Shown: piece by piece, positions 1 through 8,515 of the stretch
Position numbering within the stretch: position 1 is the stretch's first letter
Layout: the number at the start of each line of letters is the position of its first letter
Source: Desulfosudis oleivorans
GTDB lineage: Bacteria > Desulfobacterota > Desulfobacteria > Desulfobacterales > SURF-7
Assembly (NCBI GenBank): GCA_020723325.1
Contig: DYJD01000024.1
Span: 12,906-76,905 of the forward strand
Direction: 5' to 3'
DNA length: 64,000 nt
Program-made: the position numbers and the translations under genes
Notes under the pieces: generated by a model
What the model saw: only the letters and a program-made list of their open reading frames with translations
Database searches by the model: none
What the model was told of the DNA's origin: nothing

Positions 1-7
1 GGCAAAG

Positions 8-1591
8 ATGCGCAGCCGGGTTAAGAGCGTTTTAAGTCTATTGCTGGAACAGAATCAATTGGAGCAGGTGGTGCGGGCCCTGACCGCCATGACCGGGCTA
101 TCCTATTTTTTGCCGGAGCAGTATGCCAAATTCCAACCCGTGGTGATGGAGGCCATGGTATTTCTTTTAAAAGAAATGCCCCTTGAAAGGCTGGCTGAAA
201 AAATCGTCGACCAGTTGCTGCTTTCCCCGGAAGCCCAGCCGGCGGTTCGCATGTGTGCCTTGGTCAAGGACATGCCTTGCATTCAGAAACTGGGACAGGT
301 CATCTGCCGCTCTCCCGGACTTGATCCGATCTTCAAGCAGGCCCTGGTGGACCTGGAAGATAACCTGAAAACCGTTGACTTCCACCAAATTCGGCCTGGG
401 ATTGTGCGGGAGCTCAAGGGCCTGCCTGCCGGCAACCGGCTGATAGCCCAGGGACGGATTCTGGCTGAAGCCAGTGTTTGCGCCGTGGTTCCGGCGGAGA
501 TGATTCCCCAAGGGGAAAGGGCTGCTGTTCCGGCTGTGATCAAAGTGGTCAAGCCCAAGGTGCGTAAAAATCTGGCCGCCGACCTCAAATTGCTTACGCG
601 CCTGGCGGCATTTCTGGACCAACATAAAGCCGCCTGGGGGCTGCGGGAATTTAATTTTGCCGGAACTCTTCAACAGGTACGCCGCTTGCTCGAGAACGAG
701 ATCGATCTATCCGCCGAGCAAATCAATCTGACCACGGCGGCTGAATATCACCGCAAAAACAAGCATCTGATCGTGCCCGCCTTGTTGCCGGTTTCAACCC
801 CGCAGATGACCGTGATGTCCCGGGAGGACGGCTGCAAGATTACGGCAGTGGAGCAGTTGAACCCAAAGCAGCGGCGCCTGCTGGCCGAGGCCTTGACCAA
901 AACCTGCATTCTCAGCCCCCTTCAGGATCTTGGTGAAATCAGCATTTTTCACGGTGATCCCCATGCCGGAAATATCGCCTACCGTTTTACGGAAGACCGG
1001 CCCCAGATCATTTTTTATGACTGGGCCATGTTGGGCCGCCTCAGCCGCCTGGAGCGGTTTCTGATGGTTTTGCTGTCCTTTGGCTTGCTGTTTTCCAGCA
1101 AACGCGCTGTTTTTTTTGCCGCAGATCTGATCACCCAGGGCCAGATTTCAAAAGATGATCAGGTTGAAAAGGAAGTCCTGGATGTGATCGATAAGGTCTT
1201 TCAGCAAAACAAAGGTGGAGCCAAAGGGCTTTTTGGAAGCATTGAGGCTTTTTTCGAAGAGCTTACCTATATGGGAATCGTGTTTTCAAATGATTTGATG
1301 ATGTATGAAAAGGCGGCTGTGACCCTGAAGGGCGTGCTGGCGGACATTGATCCTGACTTTGACCGCAATGATTATCTCATCTGGGCCGGCATGGCCGCTT
1401 TCCTGAGCGATCTTACGCATCTGCGCATCCACCGGGTCATCCTGGAGGAGATCTGGGCCTACTATCGTTCCCGGTCCGGCCGGCTGCTTGAATTGCAAAA
1501 GGAAATCGGTGTCCTTTTCATGCGCGCCTGTTGGCACTGGATGAAGCGGCCGGTGCAATTCATGGGGGGGAGATCCTTCGTTAACAATTAA
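8..1591 (+). CDS. ABC1/UbiB-family atypical protein kinase (start may lie at or beyond the window edge)
   Basis: 527-aa ORF. ABC1-type motifs IQKLGQVICRSPGLDP...LVDLEDN and FHGDPHAGNI. Hydrophobic segment near aa 345-365. Confidence 0.8.
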   Translation: MRSRVKSVLSLLLEQNQLEQVVRALTAMTGLSYFLPEQYAKFQPVVMEAMVFLLKEMPLERLAEKIVDQLLLSPEAQPAVRMCALVKDMPCIQKLGQVICRSPGLDPIFKQALVDLEDNLKTVDFHQIRPGIVRELKGLPAGNRLIAQGRILAEASVCAVVPAEMIPQGERAAVPAVIKVVKPKVRKNLAADLKLLTRLAAFLDQHKAAWGLREFNFAGTLQQVRRLLENEIDLSAEQINLTTAAEYHRKNKHLIVPALLPVSTPQMTVMSREDGCKITAVEQLNPKQRRLLAEALTKTCILSPLQDLGEISIFHGDPHAGNIAYRFTEDRPQIIFYDWAMLGRLSRLERFLMVLLSFGLLFSSKRAVFFAADLITQGQISKDDQVEKEVLDVIDKVFQQNKGGAKGLFGSIEAFFEELTYMGIVFSNDLMMYEKAAVTLKGVLADIDPDFDRNDYLIWAGMAAFLSDLTHLRIHRVILEEIWAYYRSRSGRLLELQKEIGVLFMRACWHWMKRPVQFMGGRSFVNN

Positions 1592-1681
1592 CAATTAACA
1601 GTTGGCAATTGATTATTTGCTATTTGGATTTAATAATTAATAATCAATTGCTGATTAATAATTATTAATGATTGGGGGCTC
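1592..1681. repeat. AT-rich iterated spacer between convergent genes (TTAACAA x3, CAATTG palindromes, TAATAATTA-type repeats)
   Basis: Read directly: ttaacaattaacaattaacagttggcaattgattatttgc...taataattaataatcaattgctgattaataattattaatgattg. Flanking DNA is GC-rich coding sequence. Confidence 0.6.
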
Positions 1682-2269
1682 TCACGGTCTCTTCCGAACC
1701 TGCTCCGGCTTTCCCTGGGCGGCTTCCATTTTCTGCATCCGCCTTTCCAGCCGGTCAATGCGCGCGGCCAGGCTGTTGATCTCATCCTTGGAGGCCAGAT
1801 TCATCACCTGAAAGACCTCATTGATGCGGCGGTCGATGCGGTCGCTCACCCATTTCTTCAGGGAATCCGAATAGCCGATGATTTCTTTTTTCAGAGTGCT
1901 GCCTTCGGATTTGGAAAGCTCCTTGTCCCGCACGAGCAAATTGACGACCTTGTCCACCTCGTCTTCCGCCATGGTCAGGGCATTCTGCCACAGGGAGGTA
2001 TATTTCTTGGCATAATCGGTCAGGGTGCCGCCACCCTTGCGCAGTAGCTGCATCAACACCTTGGAGGAAACGATCTTGTCCTTGTCTTTTTTCTCCCGGC
2101 CGATGAGCTGGGATACAATGGCGGCGGTCAAGTCTTCGCCGGTGCGATTATCCACAATGGATACCTCTTCACCGGACTTGATCAGCTCGGCAAGTTCGTT
2201 CATGGAGATATAGCGCTTATCAGTCATGTCATACATTTTGCGATTGGCGTATTTTTTGATCTGATGCAT
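1682..2269 (-). CDS. phaR: PhaR-like regulator: PHB/PHA-accumulation-regulator N-terminal DNA-binding domain fused to a phasin-type C-terminal module
   Basis: Internal Met chosen (MHQIKKYANRKMYDMTDKRYISMNELAELIKSGEEVSIVDNRTGEDLTAAIVSQLI equals the PhaR N-domain consensus). C-terminus ...VMNLASKDEINSLAARIDRLERRM matches the phasin (PF05597-type) tail. Confidence 0.8.
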   Translation of the reverse strand: MHQIKKYANRKMYDMTDKRYISMNELAELIKSGEEVSIVDNRTGEDLTAAIVSQLIGREKKDKDKIVSSKVLMQLLRKGGGTLTDYAKKYTSLWQNALTMAEDEVDKVVNLLVRDKELSKSEGSTLKKEIIGYSDSLKKWVSDRIDRRINEVFQVMNLASKDEINSLAARIDRLERRMQKMEAAQGKPEQVRKRP

Positions 2270-2385
2270 CCGGCCTCCAGGCTTGACAGTAGCGGTTCTT
2301 GATTTCGTGAAAGCCCATTTTTTCAATTCCGCCTGCTTTTGTCAATCGGGCTGAATAAAAAATTAAAAAAACCAAAAAAAATATC

Positions 2386-2414
2386 TTGACAAACATGACG
2401 CACTGCATCATATT
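2386..2414 (+). promoter_or_regulatory. Sigma-70-like promoter for the phasin gene (TTGACA-N17-CATATT), overlapped by a TGACGCA direct repeat
   Basis: TTGACA at 2386-2391 and CATATT at 2409-2414. TGACGCA at 2396-2402 and 2422-2428. A second possible pair is TTGCAC 2413-2418 with TATACT 2435-2440. Confidence 0.4.
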
Positions 2415-2514
2415 GCACTCGTGACGCAACGCGTTATACTCCTCCGGCCGGTTAGGCCGAAATCCGATGTTATGAAAAACAGTTCAACATAATTTAAATT
2501 TTGGGAGGCATACC

Positions 2515-3189
2515 ATGGCACAGGTAAAAAGCAAAACCCGCAAGACCGTTAAGAAAGAAAAGGTCAAAACCCCTTCCCGTTTTTATGTGGTTCGAAATCT
2601 CCAGGAAGCCCGTGACAACCTGACAGACCGTCTTGATGAGTACAATGCAAAATACATCAAGAAGCCCATTGAGAACGGCAAGGAATTTGTGGAAGACCTG
2701 AAAAAAGATCCGCGCAAAACCCTCGAGACCCTGGTGGATGATGGCAAGGACATGATTGAGGATGTCAAGAAAGACGCCCGCAAGAAAATCGACACCCTGG
2801 TGGATGACGGCAAGGCCTTTCTGAAAAAGGCCAAGAAAGACCCCAAGAAGGCTTTCAACCAGTTGGTGGATGACGGCAAAGAATTTATTGAGGAGCTGAA
2901 AGACGATACCCGCGGTAAATTGGATAATCTCATTGAAGATTACAAGACGGTGCTGAAGGGAATCGAAAAAGACGCGCGGATGGTGAAAAAAGATCTCCTT
3001 GACAACGGCAAAAAGGTTATGGACAAAGTGCCCGGCAAACAAAAGATCGAGAAGAAAATCTCCAGCACCATCAAATCCATTCCATCCCAGCTCAACATGC
3101 CCAGTAAAAAAGACATTGACAGTTTGGTGCGAGGCATGAAAGAATTAAATGAAAAAGTGGATACGCTGAGCAAAGTATACGCCGCATAA
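2515..3189 (+). CDS. Phasin-like PHA/lipid-granule-associated protein with internal LVDDGK repeats
   Basis: ATG follows GGGAGG. Highly charged, with four repeats of K(K/D)D-x-(R/K)K-x5-LVDDGK. C-terminal NMPSKKDIDSLVRGMKELNEKVDTL matches the phasin tail motif. Confidence 0.75.
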   Translation: MAQVKSKTRKTVKKEKVKTPSRFYVVRNLQEARDNLTDRLDEYNAKYIKKPIENGKEFVEDLKKDPRKTLETLVDDGKDMIEDVKKDARKKIDTLVDDGKAFLKKAKKDPKKAFNQLVDDGKEFIEELKDDTRGKLDNLIEDYKTVLKGIEKDARMVKKDLLDNGKKVMDKVPGKQKIEKKISSTIKSIPSQLNMPSKKDIDSLVRGMKELNEKVDTLSKVYAA

Positions 3190-3268
3190 TTTCCGCGCCC
3201 CCACCCTCTTGCCGGTTTTCGTTTCCTAAATCCCTTGGGGAACCGCCGCCTGAGACCAGAACAAGCAT

Positions 3269-3302
3269 CGCCGCTCCGACCCTCACCATGGTCGGAGCGG
3301 CG
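3269..3302 (+). other. Perfect 13-bp stem / 8-nt loop hairpin downstream of the phasin gene (no U-tract)
   Basis: cgccgctccgacc-ctcaccat-ggtcggagcggcg. Confidence 0.5.
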
Positions 3303-3375
3303 ATTATATGAAAAAAACCCGAACAAACTAAAAACAAACAGATCCGAAACATCGCATCAGGATAAAGGAGGAGTC

Positions 3376-3852
3376 ATGCTTACGATTAAAAAATACAGCA
3401 ATGGGAAACTGTACGACACGCTGAACAAGGAATATATTTCCAAGGAGCAACTGGCCGAAATTGTCAAAAACAAGAAGAAGTTCAAGGTGGTTCTCAGCAC
3501 CACCGGCAAAGATGTGACCAAATCCATCATCGAGCAGGTAGCGGCAGCGACCAATGAGAAAAACGAAAAGGCGTTGAAACCGGAAAACATCAAAAAATGG
3601 ATTGGGAACCAGATCGATAAACGCATCAACAAAATTCTAGGGATCATGAATTTGCCCACCAAGGATCAAATCAACAAGCTGAATGCCGGCCTGAAGAAAC
3701 TGGCCCAGAAAGTCGAAGATCTGGAAAAAATTCACGCTCAAAAAATCGCCAGGCTGCAGAAAGAACAATCCAAGCAGGCTACAGCCGCGGAAAGCGCAGC
3801 CATGCTGGATCCGGATGCGGTTGAAATCATGTCCATGAACCACAACGCCTAG
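3376..3852 (+). CDS. Second PhaR-N/phasin fusion protein (paralog)
   Basis: ATG at 3376 follows AAGGAGGA. MLTIKKYSNGKLYDTLNKEYISKEQLAEIV matches the PhaR N-domain. ...IMNLPTKDQINKLNAGLKKLAQKVEDLEK matches the phasin tail. Confidence 0.75.
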   Translation: MLTIKKYSNGKLYDTLNKEYISKEQLAEIVKNKKKFKVVLSTTGKDVTKSIIEQVAAATNEKNEKALKPENIKKWIGNQIDKRINKILGIMNLPTKDQINKLNAGLKKLAQKVEDLEKIHAQKIARLQKEQSKQATAAESAAMLDPDAVEIMSMNHNA

Positions 3853-3918
3853 GTTCAGCCGCGCATAGAGCACGGAATGACCTTCGGAAGAACGGCCCGA
3901 ACATATGCTTCCGATCCA

Positions 3919-3964
3919 AGGGCTCGCGCAAGAATAAATTACGATTTGTATTTACGCGAGCCCT
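3919..3964 (+). other. 10-bp perfect inverted repeat (AGGGCTCGCG / CGCGAGCCCT) with a 26-nt AT-rich loop
   Basis: Read directly. Lies 67 nt after the stop of the 3376-3852 gene. Confidence 0.4.
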
Positions 3965-4175
3965 CTGAAGGTTTCTCACCGGCTTTTTCGGGTGATGACC
4001 TTTAATTGCAATTCCAATATCTTTTCATTCAATTGTTTGTAAAAATTCATGCCTGTTTTAGGAGAGGCGGCCCTCGTCCGCATTTTTTATGTTGCTTTTT
4101 TTTTGCTGTAGGATATTTTAACATAGGTCAAGTTTTCGATATATTAAATCTTTTTGGTTGATGAGGAGCGGTAGT

Positions 4176-5837
4176 ATGGCCGAACGAATGACCAATGCCG
4201 ATAATTTCTGGCTCTGTATGGATGATCCCACCAATCTGATGGTGATCACCGCTTTCATGGAGTTTGAATCCCTGGTTGATTACAACCGGCTCTATGCTAC
4301 CATTGAAAGCCGTCTGGCCTCCTTTCCGCGTTTTCAAAAGCGGATAGTCCGGCCCAAATCCGGTATCGGCCTGCCATACTGGGAAACCGATCCCAACTAT
4401 GACTTGAAATCCCATATCATTCGGGTGGCCTTGCCGGCTCCGGGGGACAAAAATGATCTGCAGGCCATGATCTCCAATCTCACCATTACCCCGCTGGACC
4501 CGAACAAGCCCCTTTGGCAGATTCATTTGATTGAAAATTACGGCAAGGGTTGCGTCATTTTTTATCGGATTCATCATTGCATTGCCGACGGCATTGCCCT
4601 GATCCATGTTCTGCTGAACGCGGCGGATACGGATCCCAAGGCGCCTTGGCCCAAAAGTGAATCCAAAAAGAAAACCGGTAAACCTTCGCGGCGCCCGACC
4701 CTGTCCGTGGATGCCGTGATTCGCAAGGTGCAAGATGCGGTGGGCGCAGGTCGAAAAATGAGCGTGAAGATTATCCGGGAGGTTGAAAATGCCATATCCG
4801 ACCCGGCCAATCTCAAGAAGCTCGCAAAAAGCGCAACCTGCCTGCCAACGGATTTTGCGTCCGTTCTTTCCAAGTATACCATCATGAGTTCCGACCCGGA
4901 TACGGCTTTTAAAGGCAAAATCGGAGTGCGTAAAAAGGTGGTCTGGACCGAACCCATGGCCCTTGACAAGATCAAGACCGTGGGCAAAGCCATCAGTACC
5001 GCCACCCTCAATGATGTGCTCATTGCCACGGTAACCGGTGCCATGCGGCGTTATTTAAAAACCCGCAAGACGCCGGTAAATGAATTGGACTTACGGGTGA
5101 CGGTTCCGGTTAATATCCGCAAAGCCGGCACCGCCTTTGAACTTGGCAACAAGTTCAGCCTTGTGTTTCTGCCTCTGCCGGTCTATTTGGAAGACCCGGT
5201 ACTGCGCTTAAAGGAAGTCAAACGGCGCATGGATCAATTAAAACGATCACCGGATCCTTATATCAATTTCGGCTTGCTCAGCGCCATGGGTTATCTGCCG
5301 CCGGCCCTGGCCCGCCAGGTCTCACAGTTTTTCGGCAAAAAGGCCTCCGGTGTCATGACCAATGTGCCCGGCCCTAAACAACCCCTGTATTTTGCCGGAA
5401 AGAAAATCAACAACATCATGTTTTGGGTGCCCCGTTCCGGCAAGATCGGCCTGGGCATCAGCATCCTGAGTTATGACGGCAAGGTAACGGTGGGCATCGC
5501 TTCCGACGAAAAATTGATGCCGGACCCGGAAGTGCTGCTGGAAGGTTTTGAGGAGGAGTTCAACTTTTTGTTGAATCTGGTGAAATCCGGAAAAATATAC
5601 GATGAACCCCTGGTCCTGCATGACCGCTATCAGGAAGCCAAAGCCGCCAAAGCCCAAAAAAAGGAAACCCTCGAAAGCAGCGAGGCAAGCCACTGCCTGG
5701 CGGAAACCAAAAGCGGCAAGCCATGCCGGCGAAAACCGCTGCCCGGATCGGAATTTTGCAGCGTCCATCAGCAAATCAATGAAGAGGAAATTCAATTGCA
5801 GGATGTGGCGCAAATCATGCGGGAGTTGATACGGTAG
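4176..5837 (+). CDS. Wax ester synthase/diacylglycerol acyltransferase (WS/DGAT) family O-acyltransferase with a C-terminal Cys/His tail
   Basis: Catalytic HHxxxDG (HHCIADG, nt 4572-4592). N-terminal DNFWL...; C-terminal region NVPGPKQPLYFAG. ATG at 4176 lies 7 nt after GAGGAG. Confidence 0.88.
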   Translation: MAERMTNADNFWLCMDDPTNLMVITAFMEFESLVDYNRLYATIESRLASFPRFQKRIVRPKSGIGLPYWETDPNYDLKSHIIRVALPAPGDKNDLQAMISNLTITPLDPNKPLWQIHLIENYGKGCVIFYRIHHCIADGIALIHVLLNAADTDPKAPWPKSESKKKTGKPSRRPTLSVDAVIRKVQDAVGAGRKMSVKIIREVENAISDPANLKKLAKSATCLPTDFASVLSKYTIMSSDPDTAFKGKIGVRKKVVWTEPMALDKIKTVGKAISTATLNDVLIATVTGAMRRYLKTRKTPVNELDLRVTVPVNIRKAGTAFELGNKFSLVFLPLPVYLEDPVLRLKEVKRRMDQLKRSPDPYINFGLLSAMGYLPPALARQVSQFFGKKASGVMTNVPGPKQPLYFAGKKINNIMFWVPRSGKIGLGISILSYDGKVTVGIASDEKLMPDPEVLLEGFEEEFNFLLNLVKSGKIYDEPLVLHDRYQEAKAAKAQKKETLESSEASHCLAETKSGKPCRRKPLPGSEFCSVHQQINEEEIQLQDVAQIMRELIR

Positions 5838-5899
5838 TATCGATGGAACAATTTGGATCGGTTTGATTTGAATTTTGTGGAAAGAAGGGGAAAGATAAA

Positions 5900-6103
5900 G
5901 TGAAAGCGCATTGGCCGGCAATTGCGGCAGGGCTCGGCAAGATCAAGGAAGGGCTGGCACCTGTCTATTATACGGTTGTCAAACTGCCGCTGATGTTGTT
6001 TACGATCGTTTTCGGATTCCTGCTCGAATTTCTGGTTGAATTGCCTTTTATCGCGCTGGTACTTCTGGATTATCGCTCCAATATCAAAAAAAGTCATCGC
6101 TGA
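5900..6103 (+). CDS. Small hydrophobic protein (hypothetical)
   Basis: 67-aa ORF with a GTG start after GAAGGGGAAAG. One to two predicted TM helices. Same strand within the operon. No recognisable family. Confidence 0.3.
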   Translation: MKAHWPAIAAGLGKIKEGLAPVYYTVVKLPLMLFTIVFGFLLEFLVELPFIALVLLDYRSNIKKSHR

Positions 6104-6173
6104 ATCACTCATCTGAACAACATGGCGCGGCATTTGTCGGGGATACGGATCAACCATCACAACGGACATTGCT

Positions 6174-6410
6174 TTGCCGAATAAATTAAAAAAAATGAAG
6201 GAAAACATTGAGGGCCGATATTATGTGGATGACGCCTGCATCGGCTGCACCTTGTGCGCTGAAATCGCGGCGGACAATTTTCGGTCCAATCTGCAAGAAG
6301 GCTACGAATATGTGTATAAGCAACCGGCCTCGGTGGAGGAGGAGCGGCTCTGCTTGGAAATGATGGATATCTGCCCGGTGAACGCCATCGGCAATGACGG
6401 GGATATATAA
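6174..6410 (+). CDS. Small single-cluster Fe-S ferredoxin
   Basis: CIGCTLC...CP (YYVDDACIGCTLCAEIAADNF ... MDICPVNAIG). Start ambiguous (TTG 6174 or ATG 6195). Confidence 0.75.
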   Translation: MPNKLKKMKENIEGRYYVDDACIGCTLCAEIAADNFRSNLQEGYEYVYKQPASVEEERLCLEMMDICPVNAIGNDGDI

Positions 6411-6440
6411 ATTCGCAATAACGGATGACAGGAGGAGCCT

Positions 6441-8504
6441 GTGAAGAAGGTCATCAGCATCAGTTTAGGGCCAAGCGCCAGGGATTATGAATTTGAGACC
6501 GAATTTCTGGGTCAGGATTTCATCATCAAACGGATCGGAACCGACGGGGATATGGAAAAAGCCGCGGCCCTGCTGTTGAAATGGGACAAGGAAGCCGCGG
6601 CCATCGGCTTGGGCGGCATCAAGGCCCCCTACGGCATCGGCCCCCGTTATTTGGCCAAGAAGCGTCACAACAAATTGAACGAGCTGGGTGTGCAAATCCA
6701 GACCCCTGTCACCATGGGACACAAACTGCGGGATGTTTCCTTTGAATGGTCCCTGCGCTATCTCGAATACAAATTCGGCAATTATTTCAGTAATGCCAGG
6801 GTCCTGTTCTTTTCCGGCATGACCAGCTACCGCATTGCCAAGGTCATGTCCGAATTCACGGATAATCTGACCTTTGCCGATCCGATCCTGGAAAACGGCA
6901 TTCCCAAATTCATCAACTCCCTCGGTGAGCTGGAATCCTATGCCCATGGGGTTCATGAAGTTCTGCAATGGGTGCCCAGCAAGCGGCTCACCGGCTCGGT
7001 TGCGCCGCTCCAGTCCTGGAACGACTACATCCTGCGCAAGGCCATGCAGAAAGCCAACATTCTGGTGGTTCCCAATTATGATTTTTATGATTACCTGAAA
7101 AATACTTCCATTGAGGAACTGGGCGGCAAAACCATCATCACTTCCACGGCCGAAGACGAGAAGATCACCTTTTTAAAGGAACGGGGCGTGGATGTGATCA
7201 TCGACACCACCCCCAAAATTCTGGAGCGCGTGGTGCCGCCCAATCTTCTGGAGGCCTTGATCATCGCTGCCATGGGCCGGAACCGGGACCAGGTCAGATC
7301 CGACGACCTCTTGGAAATCATCAGCGCCCAGAAAATGGATCCTCGCATTGTTTACCCTTCGGGCAGTCCCAAGCGCATCAACCGTTTTGCCTTTGTCATT
7401 CACCCCCTGTCCAAGGAATTCCTGAAAAAAGACAAGGCCGTTGATTTCATCTCCGGCTTTGCACCGCCGGCCTTTTTGGATGCCGTGGAAAAAGTGATCG
7501 CCTATGCCCCGCCCTGGGTATATTCCCGGGTCACCGGAATCAAGTCCCCCACCGGCGCCGAAACAGAAGGCTGGTTGATCACCGTGGGCGGCACCCCCAA
7601 GCAGATGCTGGCCCACAGTCCGGAATTCACCTACACCCGTCTGCTCCAGGCCGCGCGCATGGCCAAACGTCTGGGGGCTCAGATCATGGGACTCGGGGCT
7701 TTTACCAAGGTTGTGGGCGACGCCGGGGTAACCGTGGCCAAAAAAGCCGAGATTCCCATTACCACCGGCAACAGCTACAGCGCTTCCGGGGCCTTATGGG
7801 CCGCAGCGGATGCGGTGCGGCGCATGGGCCTGATCAAGATTGAAAAAGGCAAACGGATCATGGGCAAAACCATGGTGCTGGGCGCCACCGGCGCCATCGG
7901 CTCGGTTTGTTGCCGTTTGTTGGCCACGGCCTTTGACGAGGTTTACATGGTGGGCCGCAATACCGCCAAGTTGATGGCCCTTAAGGAAAGCATTCTGCTG
8001 GAAAATCCGACCGTGAAAATCAAAGTGACCACCCGGCCGGACAAATTCGTGGAAGACATGGATGTCATCGTGACCGCCACTTCCGGCGCCGGCAAGACGG
8101 TGCTGGACATCACCCGGGTCAAGCCGGGATGTGTCATCACCGATGTGGCCCGGCCCTTGGATCTGTCGCCGGAAGATGTGGCCAAACGGCCGGATGTGCT
8201 GGTGATTGAATCCGGCGAGATCGAACTCCCCGGCAATCCGGAGATGAAAAGCATCGGTCTGCCCCACAAGGTGGCCTATGCCTGCCTTGCGGAAACCATT
8301 GTGCTGGCCCTGGAAGGCCGCTTTGAGGTGTTTACCATCGGCCGGGACATTGAATGGGAGAAGGTCAAGGAAATCTATAAATTGGGTTTGAAACACGGCA
8401 TGAAGCTCGCAGCCATTTCCGGTGTGAACGGCGTATTTTCGGATGAGGATATTGCGCGGGTCAAAAAGCTCGCCCTGGAAGCCAGAAAAGCGGCATTGAA
8501 TTAG
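6441..8504 (+). CDS. Two-domain oxidoreductase, paralog 1: unknown N-terminal ~320-aa domain plus an acyl-ACP-reductase (AAR)-like NAD(P)-binding C-terminal half, with the Cys retained
   Basis: GTG follows AGGAGGAG. Ordered motifs GLGAFTKVVGD, TTGNSYSA, Rossmann VLGATGAIGS, YACLAETIVLALEG and LGLKHGMKL parallel cyanobacterial AAR (ALGGFTSII, TTGNTHTAY, VVGATGDIGS, FACFAEAMLLEFEG, VRHGFQPL). Confidence 0.7.
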   Translation: MKKVISISLGPSARDYEFETEFLGQDFIIKRIGTDGDMEKAAALLLKWDKEAAAIGLGGIKAPYGIGPRYLAKKRHNKLNELGVQIQTPVTMGHKLRDVSFEWSLRYLEYKFGNYFSNARVLFFSGMTSYRIAKVMSEFTDNLTFADPILENGIPKFINSLGELESYAHGVHEVLQWVPSKRLTGSVAPLQSWNDYILRKAMQKANILVVPNYDFYDYLKNTSIEELGGKTIITSTAEDEKITFLKERGVDVIIDTTPKILERVVPPNLLEALIIAAMGRNRDQVRSDDLLEIISAQKMDPRIVYPSGSPKRINRFAFVIHPLSKEFLKKDKAVDFISGFAPPAFLDAVEKVIAYAPPWVYSRVTGIKSPTGAETEGWLITVGGTPKQMLAHSPEFTYTRLLQAARMAKRLGAQIMGLGAFTKVVGDAGVTVAKKAEIPITTGNSYSASGALWAAADAVRRMGLIKIEKGKRIMGKTMVLGATGAIGSVCCRLLATAFDEVYMVGRNTAKLMALKESILLENPTVKIKVTTRPDKFVEDMDVIVTATSGAGKTVLDITRVKPGCVITDVARPLDLSPEDVAKRPDVLVIESGEIELPGNPEMKSIGLPHKVAYACLAETIVLALEGRFEVFTIGRDIEWEKVKEIYKLGLKHGMKLAAISGVNGVFSDEDIARVKKLALEARKAALN

Positions 8505-8515
8505 AGGAGGTCAGG

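Noticed and set aside
2229-2429. 66-aa minus-strand ORF overlapping the start of phaR and the promoter region.
   Set aside because: It overlaps the 5' end of the well-supported PhaR ORF in another frame and the AT-rich promoter tract, and has no RBS.
5951-5970. TGGCAC-N5-TATTA sigma-54-like hit inside the 67-aa ORF.
   Set aside because: The -12 element lacks the GC dinucleotide, and the hit lies within an operon-internal ORF.
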